Of a DNA stretch of 64,000 nucleotides, positions 42,236-52,363 are shown in pieces. How positions within the stretch are numbered: position 1 is the first letter of the stretch; each line of letters starts with the position of its first letter. The stretch comes from an uncultured Rickettsiaceae bacterium. Its GTDB lineage: Bacteria > Pseudomonadota > Alphaproteobacteria > Rickettsiales > Rickettsiaceae. Under the pieces are notes generated by a model. It ran no database searches. It had not been told where the DNA came from and saw only the letters and a program-made list of their open reading frames with translations. Where the stretch lies: positions 26,311 through 90,310 of the forward strand of contig CAZKKY010000002.1 in assembly GCA_964553715.1 (NCBI GenBank), read 5' to 3'. Made by a program: the position numbers and the translations under genes.

Positions 42236-43142
42236 TTATATTACTTATTATCTTATGATACTGAAGGTGTGAATCAAAACTAATTACATACTTTTCTTTA
42301 ATCTGATTGTTAAACCATGTAACTTGGCGCTTAGCATATTGCCTTGTTTTGGCTTGCGCTAGTATTATTGCATCTTCTAAAGAAATTTCTCCCTTAAAAA
42401 AGGATAAAATCTCATTAAAACCAAGTGGATTAATAGAAACATTCTTTTTTGTAATATATAATTTTTCTACTTCCTCCATAGCTCCAGATTTTATAATCTC
42501 TAAAAAACGATCATTACAAGATTGGTACAGGAATTTTCTGTTAGGTGACAACATAATTATTGAAATATTATAGTCCTCAAGTGGGCTTTTTGTTGTTTGA
42601 TTTTGAAAATATGTTATAGACTTACCAGTTTGCTTTATTACTTCGTAAGCTCTTATCATTCTTTGCTTATCAGTAGGTAGAATTTTACCAGCTACTAATG
42701 AATCTATCTTTATAAGCTCTGAGTAAAATTCTTCTTTGCCTATCTTTTCAAGATGTTTTTGCGCTTCAAAACGAATTTCAGAGTTTATTTCTGGAATATC
42801 ATTAATCCCATTTATTAAAGAATTAATATATAATCCTGTACCACCTACTATAATAGGCAAATAACCACTACTCTTTACATCGATAATTGTTTTAAAAGCC
42901 TCTTTTTGATACCTTGCAACAGAAAAACTATTTTCTAATGCCAGATAATTATACAAATGATGAGGTATTAATTTTTTATCCTCATTACTAGGAGAAGCTG
43001 TAAGAACTTCTAATCCCTCATATATCTGCATAGAATCTGCGTTTATTATAGCACCCATATAAAGACTTGCAAGATTCATGGCCAATCTTGACTTCCCGCT
43101 AGCGGTAGGACCACAAATTATAATAACATCCTTATTACTCAT
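42216..43142 (-). CDS. miaA: tRNA dimethylallyltransferase
   Basis: 308 aa; P-loop GPTASGKS, GGTGLY. Confidence 0.92.
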   Translation of the reverse strand: MSNKDVIIICGPTASGKSRLAMNLASLYMGAIINADSMQIYEGLEVLTASPSNEDKKLIPHHLYNYLALENSFSVARYQKEAFKTIIDVKSSGYLPIIVGGTGLYINSLINGINDIPEINSEIRFEAQKHLEKIGKEEFYSELIKIDSLVAGKILPTDKQRMIRAYEVIKQTGKSITYFQNQTTKSPLEDYNISIIMLSPNRKFLYQSCNDRFLEIIKSGAMEEVEKLYITKKNVSINPLGFNEILSFFKGEISLEDAIILAQAKTRQYAKRQVTWFNNQIKEKYVISFDSHLQYHKIISNINDIFNL

Positions 43143-43342
43143 TACTCATATCTCTCTCAATATCATAACAATAATCTTAAGTTATATAATCTTTGCTAAA
43201 AAAATCTTGTAAAATTTTTGTAATTTGCTATAGTTTGCTGCTAAATAATAAATTCCTGGTTTTTCAGGAAAGAATAATACGGCCCTGGTATGCCTAATTA
43301 TTCTTAAGATTCGTTCAAAATACCACAAATATAGGAAATAAC

Positions 43343-43549
43343 ATGCCTAAATTGAAAACTAAATCCGCAGTAAAAAAACGCTTCAAGCTTACTGCATCAG
43401 GAAAGCTAAAAGCTACTCAGGCTGGAAAGCAGCACTTTATGAGGCACAGGACAAAATCTCAACTTCGTAATCTTCGTGGAACAACAATACTAGAAGGTCA
43501 AGAAGCAAAGAATTTGATTAAATATTTCTTGCCTTATGGCACTAATTAA
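43343..43549 (+). CDS. rpmI: 50S ribosomal protein L35
   Basis: 68 aa; [15 protein letters not shown]. Confidence 0.95.
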   Translation: MPKLKTKSAVKKRFKLTASGKLKATQAGKQHFMRHRTKSQLRNLRGTTILEGQEAKNLIKYFLPYGTN

Positions 43550-43566
43550 TAGCTTGAGGAAAAAAT

Positions 43567-43926
43567 ATGTCTCGTACTACTGCTGGTAAAATTACCAAAA
43601 ATCGTCATAGAAAAATTATAAAATTAGCTAAAGGCTATCGTGGAAGAGCAAAAAATTGCTTTACTGTTGCGATAGAAAAAGTAGAAAAAGCCCTCCGTTA
43701 TGCTTATCGTGATCGTCGCAATCGTAAGCGTGATTTTAGAGGACTATGGATACAACGTATCAATGCTGCGGCTCGTGTCCATGGCATAGTATATTCTCAA
43801 TTAATTAATGGCCTTACAAAAGCTAATATTGAAGTTGATAGAAAAATGCTTGCAGAACTTGCCGTTAATAATGCCGAAGCTTTTTCTGATATTGTCAACC
43901 AAGCTAAAGCAGCTCTTGCTAAATAA
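43567..43926 (+). CDS. rplT: 50S ribosomal protein L20
   Basis: 119 aa; [32 protein letters not shown]. Confidence 0.95.
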   Translation: MSRTTAGKITKNRHRKIIKLAKGYRGRAKNCFTVAIEKVEKALRYAYRDRRNRKRDFRGLWIQRINAAARVHGIVYSQLINGLTKANIEVDRKMLAELAVNNAEAFSDIVNQAKAALAK

Positions 43927-43930
43927 TAAT

Positions 43931-43954
43931 GGGCCATTTTGGCCCTTATTTTTT
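43931..43954 (+). terminator. Rho-independent terminator after rplT
   Basis: gggcc-atttt-ggccc followed by ttatttttt. Confidence 0.75.
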
Positions 43955-43978
43955 AATCACTAACTTACAAGGATAATT

Positions 43979-44398
43979 ATGACAGAATATACCTTCTCTA
44001 TAATCAAACCAGATGCTACAAAAAGAAACATAACAGGTAAAATTAATTCTTACCTTGAATCGGCTGGATTAGCAATAGTTGCTCAAAAAAGGGTCAAGCT
44101 AACACGCAAGCAAGCTGAATCTTTTTATGAAATACACAAAGCTCGTCCATTTTTCTCTAGTCTTGTTGAATATATGATTTCTGGGCCAGTTATTCTTCAA
44201 GTTTTAAAAGGAGAAAATGCCGTTGCTAAAAATCGTGAAGTAATGGGAGCAACAAATCCTGTTGATGCTAAAGAAGGAACTATCCGTAGAGACTTTGCTG
44301 AAAGTATTGAAGCAAACTGCGTTCATGGATCTGATAGCGCCGAAAATGCTGCTCAAGAAATTTCTTTCTTCTTTACAAAAGAAGAAATTGTAGAATAA
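43979..44398 (+). CDS. ndk: Nucleoside diphosphate kinase
   Basis: 139 aa; [17 protein letters not shown]. Confidence 0.95.
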   Translation: MTEYTFSIIKPDATKRNITGKINSYLESAGLAIVAQKRVKLTRKQAESFYEIHKARPFFSSLVEYMISGPVILQVLKGENAVAKNREVMGATNPVDAKEGTIRRDFAESIEANCVHGSDSAENAAQEISFFFTKEEIVE

Positions 44399-44399
44399 A

Positions 44400-46238
44400 A
44401 TGACGTCCTATGATGTAATAGTTATAGGTGGGGGACATGCTGGGTGCGAGGCTGCATCAGCAGCAGCCCGCATGGGCGCAAAGACAGCTCTTATTACATT
44501 AAAAAAAGAAAATATAGGCGAATTATCTTGTAATCCTGCTATAGGCGGCATAGCTAAAGGAACTCTTGTAAAAGAAATAGACGCTCTAGATGGTCTGATG
44601 GCTCGCGCTATAGACAAAGCCGGCATACACTATAAAATGCTTAATGAAAGCAAGGGGCCTGCTGTATGGGGACCAAGAGCTCAAGCAGATAGAAAGCTCT
44701 ATAAAATAGCCATGCAAGAGCTTATCTTAAATCATCACAATCTTGACCTCATTATAGATTCGGTAGAAGATATAATATTTTCAGAAAGTAAAGTAACCGG
44801 AGTTGTTCTAAAAGATGGTAACACTTTACAATCATCGAAAATCATACTTACTACTGGAACTTTTTTATCTGGAATAATTCACATAGGCGATCAAAAAATT
44901 TTAGCTGGTAGAATTAACGAACAACCTTCTTATGGTTTATCACATACATTAAAACGGATGGGGTTTGAAATTGGAAGGCTCAAAACTGGTACTCCTGCCA
45001 GAATAGATTCTCGCACTATAGATTTCTCAAAAACAGAAATACAAAATGGTGACATCCTGCCACGCCCATTTTCAGAAATGACTCATAAAGTACTAGTACC
45101 TCAAATACCTTGCTATATCACAAGAACAACTACAGAAACCCACAAAATCATTCAAGATAATATACATAAGTCTGCCATGTATTCAGGGCAAATCTCTGGT
45201 ATAGGTCCAAGATACTGTCCATCTATTGAAGATAAAATATCTCGCTTTGCAAGCAAAACTAGTCACCAAATTTTTTTAGAACCAGAAGGTCTAGACGATT
45301 ATACTATCTATCCTAATGGAATTTCTACATCACTACCTGAAGATGTCCAGCATAAATTCATCAAAACTATACCTGGCTTAGAAAATGCTTCAATACTTCG
45401 TCCAGGATATGCAATAGAATATGATTATGTTAACCCTCAAGAGCTCAAACCTACCTTGGAAACAAAAAAAATTCAGGGTCTTTATCTAGCTGGCCAAATT
45501 AATGGCACAACGGGATACGAAGAAGCTGGTGGACAAGGTATTATCGCTGGAATCAATGCTTCAAGCATAACTCCTTTTACTCTTGATAGATCAGAAAGCT
45601 ATATCGGTGTAATGATAGATGATTTGATAACACATGGTACTAAAGAACCTTATAGAATGTTTACTTCAAGGTCTGAATATAGAATCACTGTAAGAGCAGA
45701 TAACGCAGATTTAAGATTAACTCAAAAAGGTATCAATATAGGGTGCGTTTCTAAACATAGAGCAAATATATTCTATGATAAATTATCACTAATAGACCTT
45801 GCTTCAAAAACATTAAATGATTTAAAAATAACTTCTAGCGAATTGTTAAAACTTGGTTTTTCTGTAGCGCAAGATGGCCAATATCGTTCAGCATTTACTT
45901 TACTAGGCTTACCAGATTATACTATCGAAAAAGTGTCTCAAATTTTCCCTGAACTTTCCAAAATAGACTCACAAATACTACAACACATATACATAAATTC
46001 TAAATATTCTTCCTATATAGAAAGGCAAATGTCTGATATAAAACTTTTCAAAGAAGAAGAATTAACTATAATTCCTCCAAATATAAATTACTATTCTATA
46101 GACAGCCTCTCTTCAGAAGTAAGAGAAAAGCTACATAAGCACCAACCATCAAATATTGGGGCAGCGAAAAGAATTCCTGGTATAACACCTTCATCATTAG
46201 TCGCAATATTAGTACACTTAAGAAAACATGACAAATAA
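44400..46238 (+). CDS. mnmG: tRNA uridine 5-carboxymethylaminomethyl modification enzyme MnmG (GidA)
   Basis: 612 aa; [35 protein letters not shown]. Confidence 0.96.
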   Translation: MTSYDVIVIGGGHAGCEAASAAARMGAKTALITLKKENIGELSCNPAIGGIAKGTLVKEIDALDGLMARAIDKAGIHYKMLNESKGPAVWGPRAQADRKLYKIAMQELILNHHNLDLIIDSVEDIIFSESKVTGVVLKDGNTLQSSKIILTTGTFLSGIIHIGDQKILAGRINEQPSYGLSHTLKRMGFEIGRLKTGTPARIDSRTIDFSKTEIQNGDILPRPFSEMTHKVLVPQIPCYITRTTTETHKIIQDNIHKSAMYSGQISGIGPRYCPSIEDKISRFASKTSHQIFLEPEGLDDYTIYPNGISTSLPEDVQHKFIKTIPGLENASILRPGYAIEYDYVNPQELKPTLETKKIQGLYLAGQINGTTGYEEAGGQGIIAGINASSITPFTLDRSESYIGVMIDDLITHGTKEPYRMFTSRSEYRITVRADNADLRLTQKGINIGCVSKHRANIFYDKLSLIDLASKTLNDLKITSSELLKLGFSVAQDGQYRSAFTLLGLPDYTIEKVSQIFPELSKIDSQILQHIYINSKYSSYIERQMSDIKLFKEEELTIIPPNINYYSIDSLSSEVREKLHKHQPSNIGAAKRIPGITPSSLVAILVHLRKHDK

Positions 46239-46815
46239 AAATGTTTCACGTGAAATTTTTGAAGAATATATCCAAATTGTTCTAAAATGGAATAATAAAA
46301 TTAATTTGATATCAAAAAATATATCTTATGATGATATTTGGGATAGGCACGTCTATGATTCGATGTCATTAATAAATTTTATCGATTCTAATGATAAAGT
46401 TATAGATGTTGGATCTGGAGCTGGATTTCCTGGAATAATTCTTTCTTTAATGGGAGTAAAAGATGTGATATTAATAGAATCTGATAGTAGAAAAGCAGCG
46501 TTTTTATTACAAGCTTCAAAACTTTCAAATAATAAGATTACTATTCTAAATAAAAGAGTAGAGAATGTAGAGATAGAGTGTGATGTTTTAACTTCAAGAG
46601 CATGCGCTTCTATTGATGATCTTTTAAATTTGTGTAAGGGTATAAAGGTACAAAAAAAATGTTTGTTTTTAAAAGGGAAAAAGGCTATTGTCGAAATTGA
46701 TATCGCGAGTAAAAAATGGGATTTTGAGTATCAAATTCATGATAAGGAAGAAGGATGTATTGTAGAGTTAAATTATGATAATGTCGATTGTAAACCAAAA
46801 AGGCGGCGTCGGTAA
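46228..46815 (+). CDS. rsmG: 16S rRNA m7G527 methyltransferase RsmG (GidB)
   Basis: 195 aa; SAM motif [11 protein letters not shown]. Confidence 0.9.
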   Translation: MTNKNVSREIFEEYIQIVLKWNNKINLISKNISYDDIWDRHVYDSMSLINFIDSNDKVIDVGSGAGFPGIILSLMGVKDVILIESDSRKAAFLLQASKLSNNKITILNKRVENVEIECDVLTSRACASIDDLLNLCKGIKVQKKCLFLKGKKAIVEIDIASKKWDFEYQIHDKEEGCIVELNYDNVDCKPKRRRR

Positions 46816-47545
46816 GACTACCACTGCTGTAAATTTGGCTACTGCTTTTGTTGCGTCTGGCTCTAAAGTATTACTGATTGATCTTGACCCACAAGGCAAT
46901 GCAAGTACTAATCTAGGGATAGAGCAAGATACCAGAAGATATACCTCTTATGACTTATTTTATGATTCATGCGATAAGAATTTAGTTATAGAAAGTGGTA
47001 TTAAATTTTTGGATATAATTCCTTCCAACGTAGATCTATCTGGGGTTGAAGTAGAACTAGTAAATTTACCAAGTAGAGAATTTATATTAAAAAAATCGTT
47101 AATGCGATATAATGATATTTATGATTACGTCATTATTGATTGCCCTCCTTCATTAGGTCTATTAACACTTAATGCTTTAATAGCTTCTGATCAAGTTTTA
47201 ATTCCTATGCAATGTGAATTTTTTGCTCTTGAAGGATTAAGTCACTTACTCAAAACTATAAATTTAATACAAAAGAAGTTGAATCCTAAAATATTTATAC
47301 AAGGCATATTACTTACCATGTACGATCGTCGTAACAAACTAACAGAAGCTATAGAAAATGATGTCAGAAAATGTATGCAAGGACTAGTTTTTAATACAGT
47401 TATACCCCGTAACGTAAGAATATCAGAAGCACCATCTTATGGAAAACCTGTAATGATTTACGATCACCGATGCTTAGGATCTGTGTCTTACATGCACTTA
47501 GCTAGAGAAATATTAGAAAGATTGGAGAGAAATAATGAAAAATAG
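46775..47545 (+). CDS. parA: Chromosome partitioning ATPase ParA/Soj
   Basis: 256 aa; deviant Walker [12 protein letters not shown]. Confidence 0.93.
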   Translation: MIMSIVNQKGGVGKTTTAVNLATAFVASGSKVLLIDLDPQGNASTNLGIEQDTRRYTSYDLFYDSCDKNLVIESGIKFLDIIPSNVDLSGVEVELVNLPSREFILKKSLMRYNDIYDYVIIDCPPSLGLLTLNALIASDQVLIPMQCEFFALEGLSHLLKTINLIQKKLNPKIFIQGILLTMYDRRNKLTEAIENDVRKCMQGLVFNTVIPRNVRISEAPSYGKPVMIYDHRCLGSVSYMHLAREILERLERNNEK

Positions 47546-48386
47546 AAGTCTTGGTCGTGGATTATCCTCATTACTTGGAGAAACTCATGTTGTAGATGCT
47601 GACAATATGGTGCATTTAATAGATATACGCAACATAGAATGTGGTAAATATCAACCCAGAAAACATTTTTCAGCAGAATCTTTAAATGAGCTTGCTGATT
47701 CGATAAACCGTAATGGAGTTATGCAACCAATTATGGTGTGTTTATCTGAAGATAATAGATATTCTATTATTGCTGGAGAACGTAGGTTTAGAGCAGCAAA
47801 AATAGCTGGTTTAGATGTTATTCCTGCTATTATCAATGATTCACCTCCTGAAAAAATATTAGAACTCGCTTTAGTTGAGAATATACAAAGAGAAGATCTA
47901 AACGTAATGGAAGAAGCTGAAGGATATGCTAGGTTAATGGATGAATTTGGCTATACTCAAGATGATGTTGCAAATATAATAGGAAAAAGCCGTAGCCATG
48001 TTGCTAATTTACTTAGGCTAAATCACTTACCTGATATAATAAAAATTTATCTAAATACTGGTAGTCTTAGCATGGGTCATGCACGCACTTTAGTGGGCCA
48101 CCCTATGGCTGAAGAAATATCAAATATAATAATTGAGAAAGGCTTAAACGTTCGTCAAACAGAAGCATTAGTAAGAAATTGGTCTGATAGAGAAAAGCAT
48201 CGCTCAGGTAAATTGCCTCAATATAGCGATAGCCAAGACGATGATTTAGTGCAATTAGTTAAAGTTTTGTCTAGTAAATTTGGTATGAAAATCGCAATAG
48301 AGAGTGATGGCTCTGGTGGTGGTAGAGTAGTATTTAATTTTTCAAGTTTAGAGCAATTAGATTCCATTCTCACACGTTTAACATAA
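47535..48386 (+). CDS. parB: Chromosome partitioning protein ParB/Spo0J
   Basis: 283 aa; IAGERRFRAAK, HTH region (IGKSRSHVANLLRL). Confidence 0.93.
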   Translation: MKNRSLGRGLSSLLGETHVVDADNMVHLIDIRNIECGKYQPRKHFSAESLNELADSINRNGVMQPIMVCLSEDNRYSIIAGERRFRAAKIAGLDVIPAIINDSPPEKILELALVENIQREDLNVMEEAEGYARLMDEFGYTQDDVANIIGKSRSHVANLLRLNHLPDIIKIYLNTGSLSMGHARTLVGHPMAEEISNIIIEKGLNVRQTEALVRNWSDREKHRSGKLPQYSDSQDDDLVQLVKVLSSKFGMKIAIESDGSGGGRVVFNFSSLEQLDSILTRLT

Positions 48387-48399
48387 TAAGGTATTAGAT

Positions 48400-49053
48400 A
48401 TGCAGATTTTTATTGATAGTGTAGATTTAAAAGAAATAGAAGAATTAAATAGCTACGGTATAATAGACGGCGTTACGACTAATCCATCTTTATTTGCTAA
48501 AGCTGGTAGGGATTTTTATGAAACATCCAAAGAGATATGCCAAATTGTTGATGGCCCTGTAAGTATAGAGGCTATTTCTAGTAATTATGATGATATACTA
48601 AAAGAAGGAGAAAAAATATTTTCTATAGCAGAAAATGTAGTTCTAAAACTTCCTATTACTCCAAATGGTTTAAAAGCATGTAATTACTTTGCTAGAGAAG
48701 GTTATCCTGTTAATATGACGCTATGTTTTTCAGTAAATCAAGCTTTACTTGCCGCGAAAGCTGGCGCTACTTATGTTTCTCCATTTATAGGAAGGGTTGA
48801 GGATGCTGGTGATGATGGTATTAAGCTTATTTCTGACATCACAACCATGACATCACATTACATTGATCTAGAGATAATGGTTTTAGCTGCTTCTATAAGA
48901 ACTATAGAACATGTCTACAAGGTTGCTATGATTGGTGTAGATTCTGCTACTATTTCTCCAAATATCATTAGAGAATTAATAAAACATCCGTTAACAGATA
49001 GAGGGCTAGAAATTTTTGATCAAGACTGGAAAAAATCTGGCTTAAAAATATAA
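48400..49053 (+). CDS. tal: Transaldolase-family protein, short type (TalC / fructose-6-phosphate aldolase-like)
   Basis: 217 aa; MQIFIDSVDLKEIEE..., IDGVTTNPSL, Schiff-base lysine context VVLKLP, VSPFIGRV. Confidence 0.88.
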   Translation: MQIFIDSVDLKEIEELNSYGIIDGVTTNPSLFAKAGRDFYETSKEICQIVDGPVSIEAISSNYDDILKEGEKIFSIAENVVLKLPITPNGLKACNYFAREGYPVNMTLCFSVNQALLAAKAGATYVSPFIGRVEDAGDDGIKLISDITTMTSHYIDLEIMVLAASIRTIEHVYKVAMIGVDSATISPNIIRELIKHPLTDRGLEIFDQDWKKSGLKI

Positions 49054-49664
49054 TGATCTCATGGCAAAAAAAACATGGTTTAGTTGATTATAAATCCATG
49101 CTAGAGATTATGGATTCCAAAGTACAAGAAGTTATAGGTGGATCTCCAGATGCCGCATTTTTGTTAGAGCATGATCATATATATACTGCAGGTACTAGCT
49201 TTAAAAACACTGAGATACTAGACAACAATATTAAGATTATAGATACAGGAAGGGGCGGCAAAATTACCTATCATGGACCTGGGCAGAGAGTTATCTATCC
49301 TATTTTAAATCTTAATAAAAATAATAGAAACAAAGATTTAAAACTATATATTAGGAATTTAGAACATTGGATAATTGATACTTTATCATACTTTGCTATT
49401 AAATCATATATTGTACCAAATAGAGTTGGTATTTGGGTAGATGGCCCTAATGGAAAGTCTAAGATAGCAGCTATAGGAATTAGAGTAAGGAAATGGGTAA
49501 CATACCACGGAATAGCTATAAATATTTCTCCTGATTTATCAAAATACAAGTCAATAATTCCATGCGGTATAGATGATGCTTATGTTACTTCTATGAAAGA
49601 ACTTGGCATTAATATTTCTCTGGAAGAATTTGATGCGATTGCAAAAAAGATTTTTGATATATAA
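49053..49664 (+). CDS. lipB: Octanoyltransferase
   Basis: 203 aa; GRGGKITYHGPGQ, KIAAIGIRV. The start overlaps the tal stop. Confidence 0.92.
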   Translation: MISWQKKHGLVDYKSMLEIMDSKVQEVIGGSPDAAFLLEHDHIYTAGTSFKNTEILDNNIKIIDTGRGGKITYHGPGQRVIYPILNLNKNNRNKDLKLYIRNLEHWIIDTLSYFAIKSYIVPNRVGIWVDGPNGKSKIAAIGIRVRKWVTYHGIAINISPDLSKYKSIIPCGIDDAYVTSMKELGINISLEEFDAIAKKIFDI

Positions 49665-49692
49665 TTGACAGCAAAAATATATCCTATATTTT
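49665..49692 (+). promoter_or_regulatory. Candidate sigma-70 promoter for the riboswitch-MFS transcript
   Basis: TTGACA (49665-49670) lies immediately after the lipB stop. TATTTT follows at 49687-49692 (16-nt spacer), with an alternative TATATT at 49685. The predicted start falls at the 5' edge of the TPP aptamer. Confidence 0.4.
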
Positions 49693-49694
49693 TT

Positions 49695-49785
49695 CATACC
49701 AGGGGTGCCTAAATGGCTGAGATTATACCCTAGTCCTATGGACTTATACCTGCTCAAGATAATGCTTGCGAAGGAAGTGTAGAAT
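49695..49785 (+). promoter_or_regulatory. TPP (thiamine pyrophosphate) riboswitch aptamer
   Basis: All conserved THI-box blocks are present in order. These are GGGGTGCC (49702), GCTGAGA (49716), ACCC (49727), ACCTG (49748) and CTCAAG-ATAATG-CTTGCG-AAGGAAG (49753-49777). Compare E. coli thiM: GGGGUGCC...GCUGAGA..ACCC..ACCUGAUCUGGAUAAUGCCAGCGUAGGGAAG. An extra small hairpin agtcc-tat-ggact sits in the J2/4 position. The aptamer lies 48 nt upstream of the MFS gene. Confidence 0.9.
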
Positions 49786-49832
49786 GTTACCAAATTGTTA
49801 TCTCTGGTAAATTTAACTATATATTATGTATA

Positions 49833-51059
49833 ATGCAAAATTTATCAACCAGAGATTATTCTATTTTAATTGGGAGTGCTGTAGATCACTTCGACACAGC
49901 TCTTTATGCTTTTTTAGCGCCAATATTTGCTGAAGTATTTTTTCCTAATTCTGACCCTATAATTTCTTTAATACTAGCATATAGTGTTTTTGCAAGTACT
50001 ATAATAACTAGGCCATTAGGTTCTTATTTTTTTGGAATAATAGCAATGTCTTATGGACCTGCTGTGAGCTTATCATATTCTTTACTTGGTGTAGGAATAA
50101 GTACTTGTGCTATAGGTATAATGCCTACATATGAAGAAATCGGATTTTATGCTCCTTTGTGTCTAATAGTTATTCGGTTTCTTGGAGGTATTTTTTCAGC
50201 AGGAGAAATAACAATAGCAAAATTATATATATTTTCTGATAAAAATAATAAAGCAAAATTTAAAACTGCTTATTTATATCAAACATCCGTCATGCTAGGT
50301 ATAATATTGGCATCTTTTGCAAGTACAATTGTCCTTAAGTACCAGTATCATTCATACTGGAGAGTTTGTTTCATAATAGGAGGGATAGCGGCATTATTTG
50401 GTTATTCATTGAGAAAGTATAGAAAAGAAACATTATCTCTTAATATTAAACAAATATTGTATCTATATTCTTTTGGATCTCTAAAAACTTTATGGCTCAA
50501 TAAAAACTTATTACTTAAGATAATTATCACGTCCGGGTTTGGTTACTTAACATACTCTTTACCATTTATTATCATGAATAATTTAGTACCAGAATTTACT
50601 AACTTGACTCTAGAAGATATGATGCCTTCTAATACAATACTTCTGGTATTAGATATGATATTAGTTTTAATAATTGGTTCTATGCTTTTTAGATTTAAAA
50701 TACAAAATATATTATCATTTGCTACTTGCATATTAGCTATTAGTATAATTCCTATATGGATACATATTGAAGATAGTTCATTTACTTACATAATATTCAT
50801 AAAAATTTGGATTATTACAATCGGAGTAATTTTTAGTAATAGTATAAATCTATGGTATGATGGGTTAATATCAGAAGAAAATGGAAAATATTTTATTATA
50901 GGTATTGGTAGTGCAATTGGCTCGGCTATTATAGGAAAAATGGCGCCAGCTATTTGTCTTTTACTATATCATTACACAAAATCTAGCTTGTCTATTGCGC
51001 TGTTTGTATTATTTATTTCAGTTTTAACATTTTTTGCCGTTATTTCAGAAAATCAATAG
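49833..51059 (+). CDS. MFS permease, divergent metabolite:H+ symporter (ProP-like) family; riboswitch context suggests thiamine/TPP-related substrate
   Basis: 408 aa with about 12 TM helices. Has MHS-like motifs VDHFDTALYAFLAPIFAEVFFP, RPLGSYFFG and RFLGGIFSAGE. The substrate is inferred only from the upstream TPP riboswitch. Confidence 0.8.
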   Translation: MQNLSTRDYSILIGSAVDHFDTALYAFLAPIFAEVFFPNSDPIISLILAYSVFASTIITRPLGSYFFGIIAMSYGPAVSLSYSLLGVGISTCAIGIMPTYEEIGFYAPLCLIVIRFLGGIFSAGEITIAKLYIFSDKNNKAKFKTAYLYQTSVMLGIILASFASTIVLKYQYHSYWRVCFIIGGIAALFGYSLRKYRKETLSLNIKQILYLYSFGSLKTLWLNKNLLLKIIITSGFGYLTYSLPFIIMNNLVPEFTNLTLEDMMPSNTILLVLDMILVLIIGSMLFRFKIQNILSFATCILAISIIPIWIHIEDSSFTYIIFIKIWIITIGVIFSNSINLWYDGLISEENGKYFIIGIGSAIGSAIIGKMAPAICLLLYHYTKSSLSIALFVLFISVLTFFAVISENQ

Positions 51060-51139
51060 AAGAGATACTATTACTATTTCAGTAATAATCAAAAACAGGT
51101 ATCAAAAGGAAGATGTTTATCTTGAAATCAGAATAAAAG

Positions 51140-51214
51140 TGGCTCCCCGGGCCGGATTCGAACCAGCGACCGAACGGTTAACAGCCGTTTGCTCTACCAC
51201 TGAGCTACCGAGGA
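51140..51214 (-). tRNA. tRNA-Asn (anticodon GUU)
   Basis: Minus strand TCCTCGGTAGCTCAGTGGTAGAGC-AACGG-CTGTTAA-CCGTT...GGTTCGAATCC...CCGGGGA-G-CCA. Confidence 0.95.
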
Positions 51215-51321
51215 ATAAACAAAGGAAATAATTGTATAGAAACCAATCATGGTCATCCTTATACCAAATCTTATGCTAGCGGTCTAGTGTTTTTTAGTAT
51301 AAAATCACTTTTTCATTAAAA

Positions 51322-52290
51322 ATGGTGATTAAAAATATGTTTTCTACTTATGAAATGCGAAAATATTGGCTTATTATTTCGGCTATTATGGTCCTTATAA
51401 TGATTTTCATTGGAGGACTTACAAGGCTTTCCAATGCTGGACTTTCTATAGTAGAATGGAAACCAGTGACTGGTATAATACCTCCATTTTCTCAAGAAGA
51501 CTGGATGATAGAATTTACAAAATATCAAAATTCGCCAGAATTTAAAATGTTAAACAGTAATATCACAATAGATGGATTTAAAGAAATATTTTGGCTAGAA
51601 TTTATACATAGAATAGCCGCTAGAATTACAGCTTTAGTAATTTGCCTGCCATTGCTATATTTCTATTTTTCTTCTAAATTATCATTTAAGAAAGATAAAT
51701 CATATCTTTCTTTACCATTGCTTATAGCTTTGCAAGGCCTAATGGGATGGTATATGGTAAAAAGTGGTCTAATTAATATTCCTCATGTTAGTCATTTTCG
51801 TTTAGCATGCCATCTGATTTTAGCTGTTATATTGTATCATAGGATTATCACATATATTACAAATTTCAAACCATCAAATATATTAGATAAAATTCTTATA
51901 GCTATAATCTATGTACAAATTTTTCTAGGAGCGCTAGTTGCTGGATTAAAAGCAGGTATGATATATAATACATTTCCTTTAATGGGTCATTCTTTTGTTC
52001 CTTCTGAATTATTATCATGTAGAAATTTAATAGAGATCTTAAACGACCCAAGCAGTGTGCAGTTTTTGCATAGAATAACTGCATATATATTATTTATTAT
52101 AGTGCTATTTAAAGCTGCGCTTGTATTTAAACATAATAAAATTCAATCTCTTACATTATTACTTGCTATACTAATACAAATTATTCTAGGTATTTTTACT
52201 TTAGTGTACCAGATTCCTATTGCTATAGCATTGATGCATCAAATAGGTGCCATAATACTTCTTACTATAGTTTTAAGTCTTACAAAATGA
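51322..52290 (+). CDS. ctaA: Heme A synthase (CtaA/COX15)
   Basis: 322 aa, multi-TM; GGLTRLSNAGLSIVEWKP, conserved His in HR motifs (FIHRIAA, FLHRITA). Confidence 0.88.
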   Translation: MVIKNMFSTYEMRKYWLIISAIMVLIMIFIGGLTRLSNAGLSIVEWKPVTGIIPPFSQEDWMIEFTKYQNSPEFKMLNSNITIDGFKEIFWLEFIHRIAARITALVICLPLLYFYFSSKLSFKKDKSYLSLPLLIALQGLMGWYMVKSGLINIPHVSHFRLACHLILAVILYHRIITYITNFKPSNILDKILIAIIYVQIFLGALVAGLKAGMIYNTFPLMGHSFVPSELLSCRNLIEILNDPSSVQFLHRITAYILFIIVLFKAALVFKHNKIQSLTLLLAILIQIILGIFTLVYQIPIAIALMHQIGAIILLTIVLSLTK

Positions 52291-52363
52291 TTTTATATTA
52301 CTTGCTCTCTAGCCAATTTTTTATAGTATTGATGAAATATCAAAAAATATATAGAGAAGAGTT

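Noticed and set aside
44400-48386. The mnmG(gidA)-rsmG(gidB)-parA-parB cluster as a marker of oriC. A TTATCCACA DnaA-box match occurs at 8959-8967.
   Set aside because: I found no cluster of DnaA boxes or an AT-rich unwinding element in the adjacent intergenic regions. The single perfect box lies inside rpoD coding sequence. In alphaproteobacteria oriC is usually elsewhere (hemE region).
49551-49793. 80-aa minus-strand ORF spanning the lipB 3' end and the intergenic region.
   Set aside because: It is antisense to lipB and to the TPP riboswitch, and its product has a low-complexity composition. The riboswitch explains the conservation-like structure here.
51034-51231. 65-aa ORF on the + strand.
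   Set aside because: It overlaps tRNA-Asn (51140-51214) in antisense (..APRAGFEPATERLTAVCSTTELP..). This is a translated-tRNA artefact.
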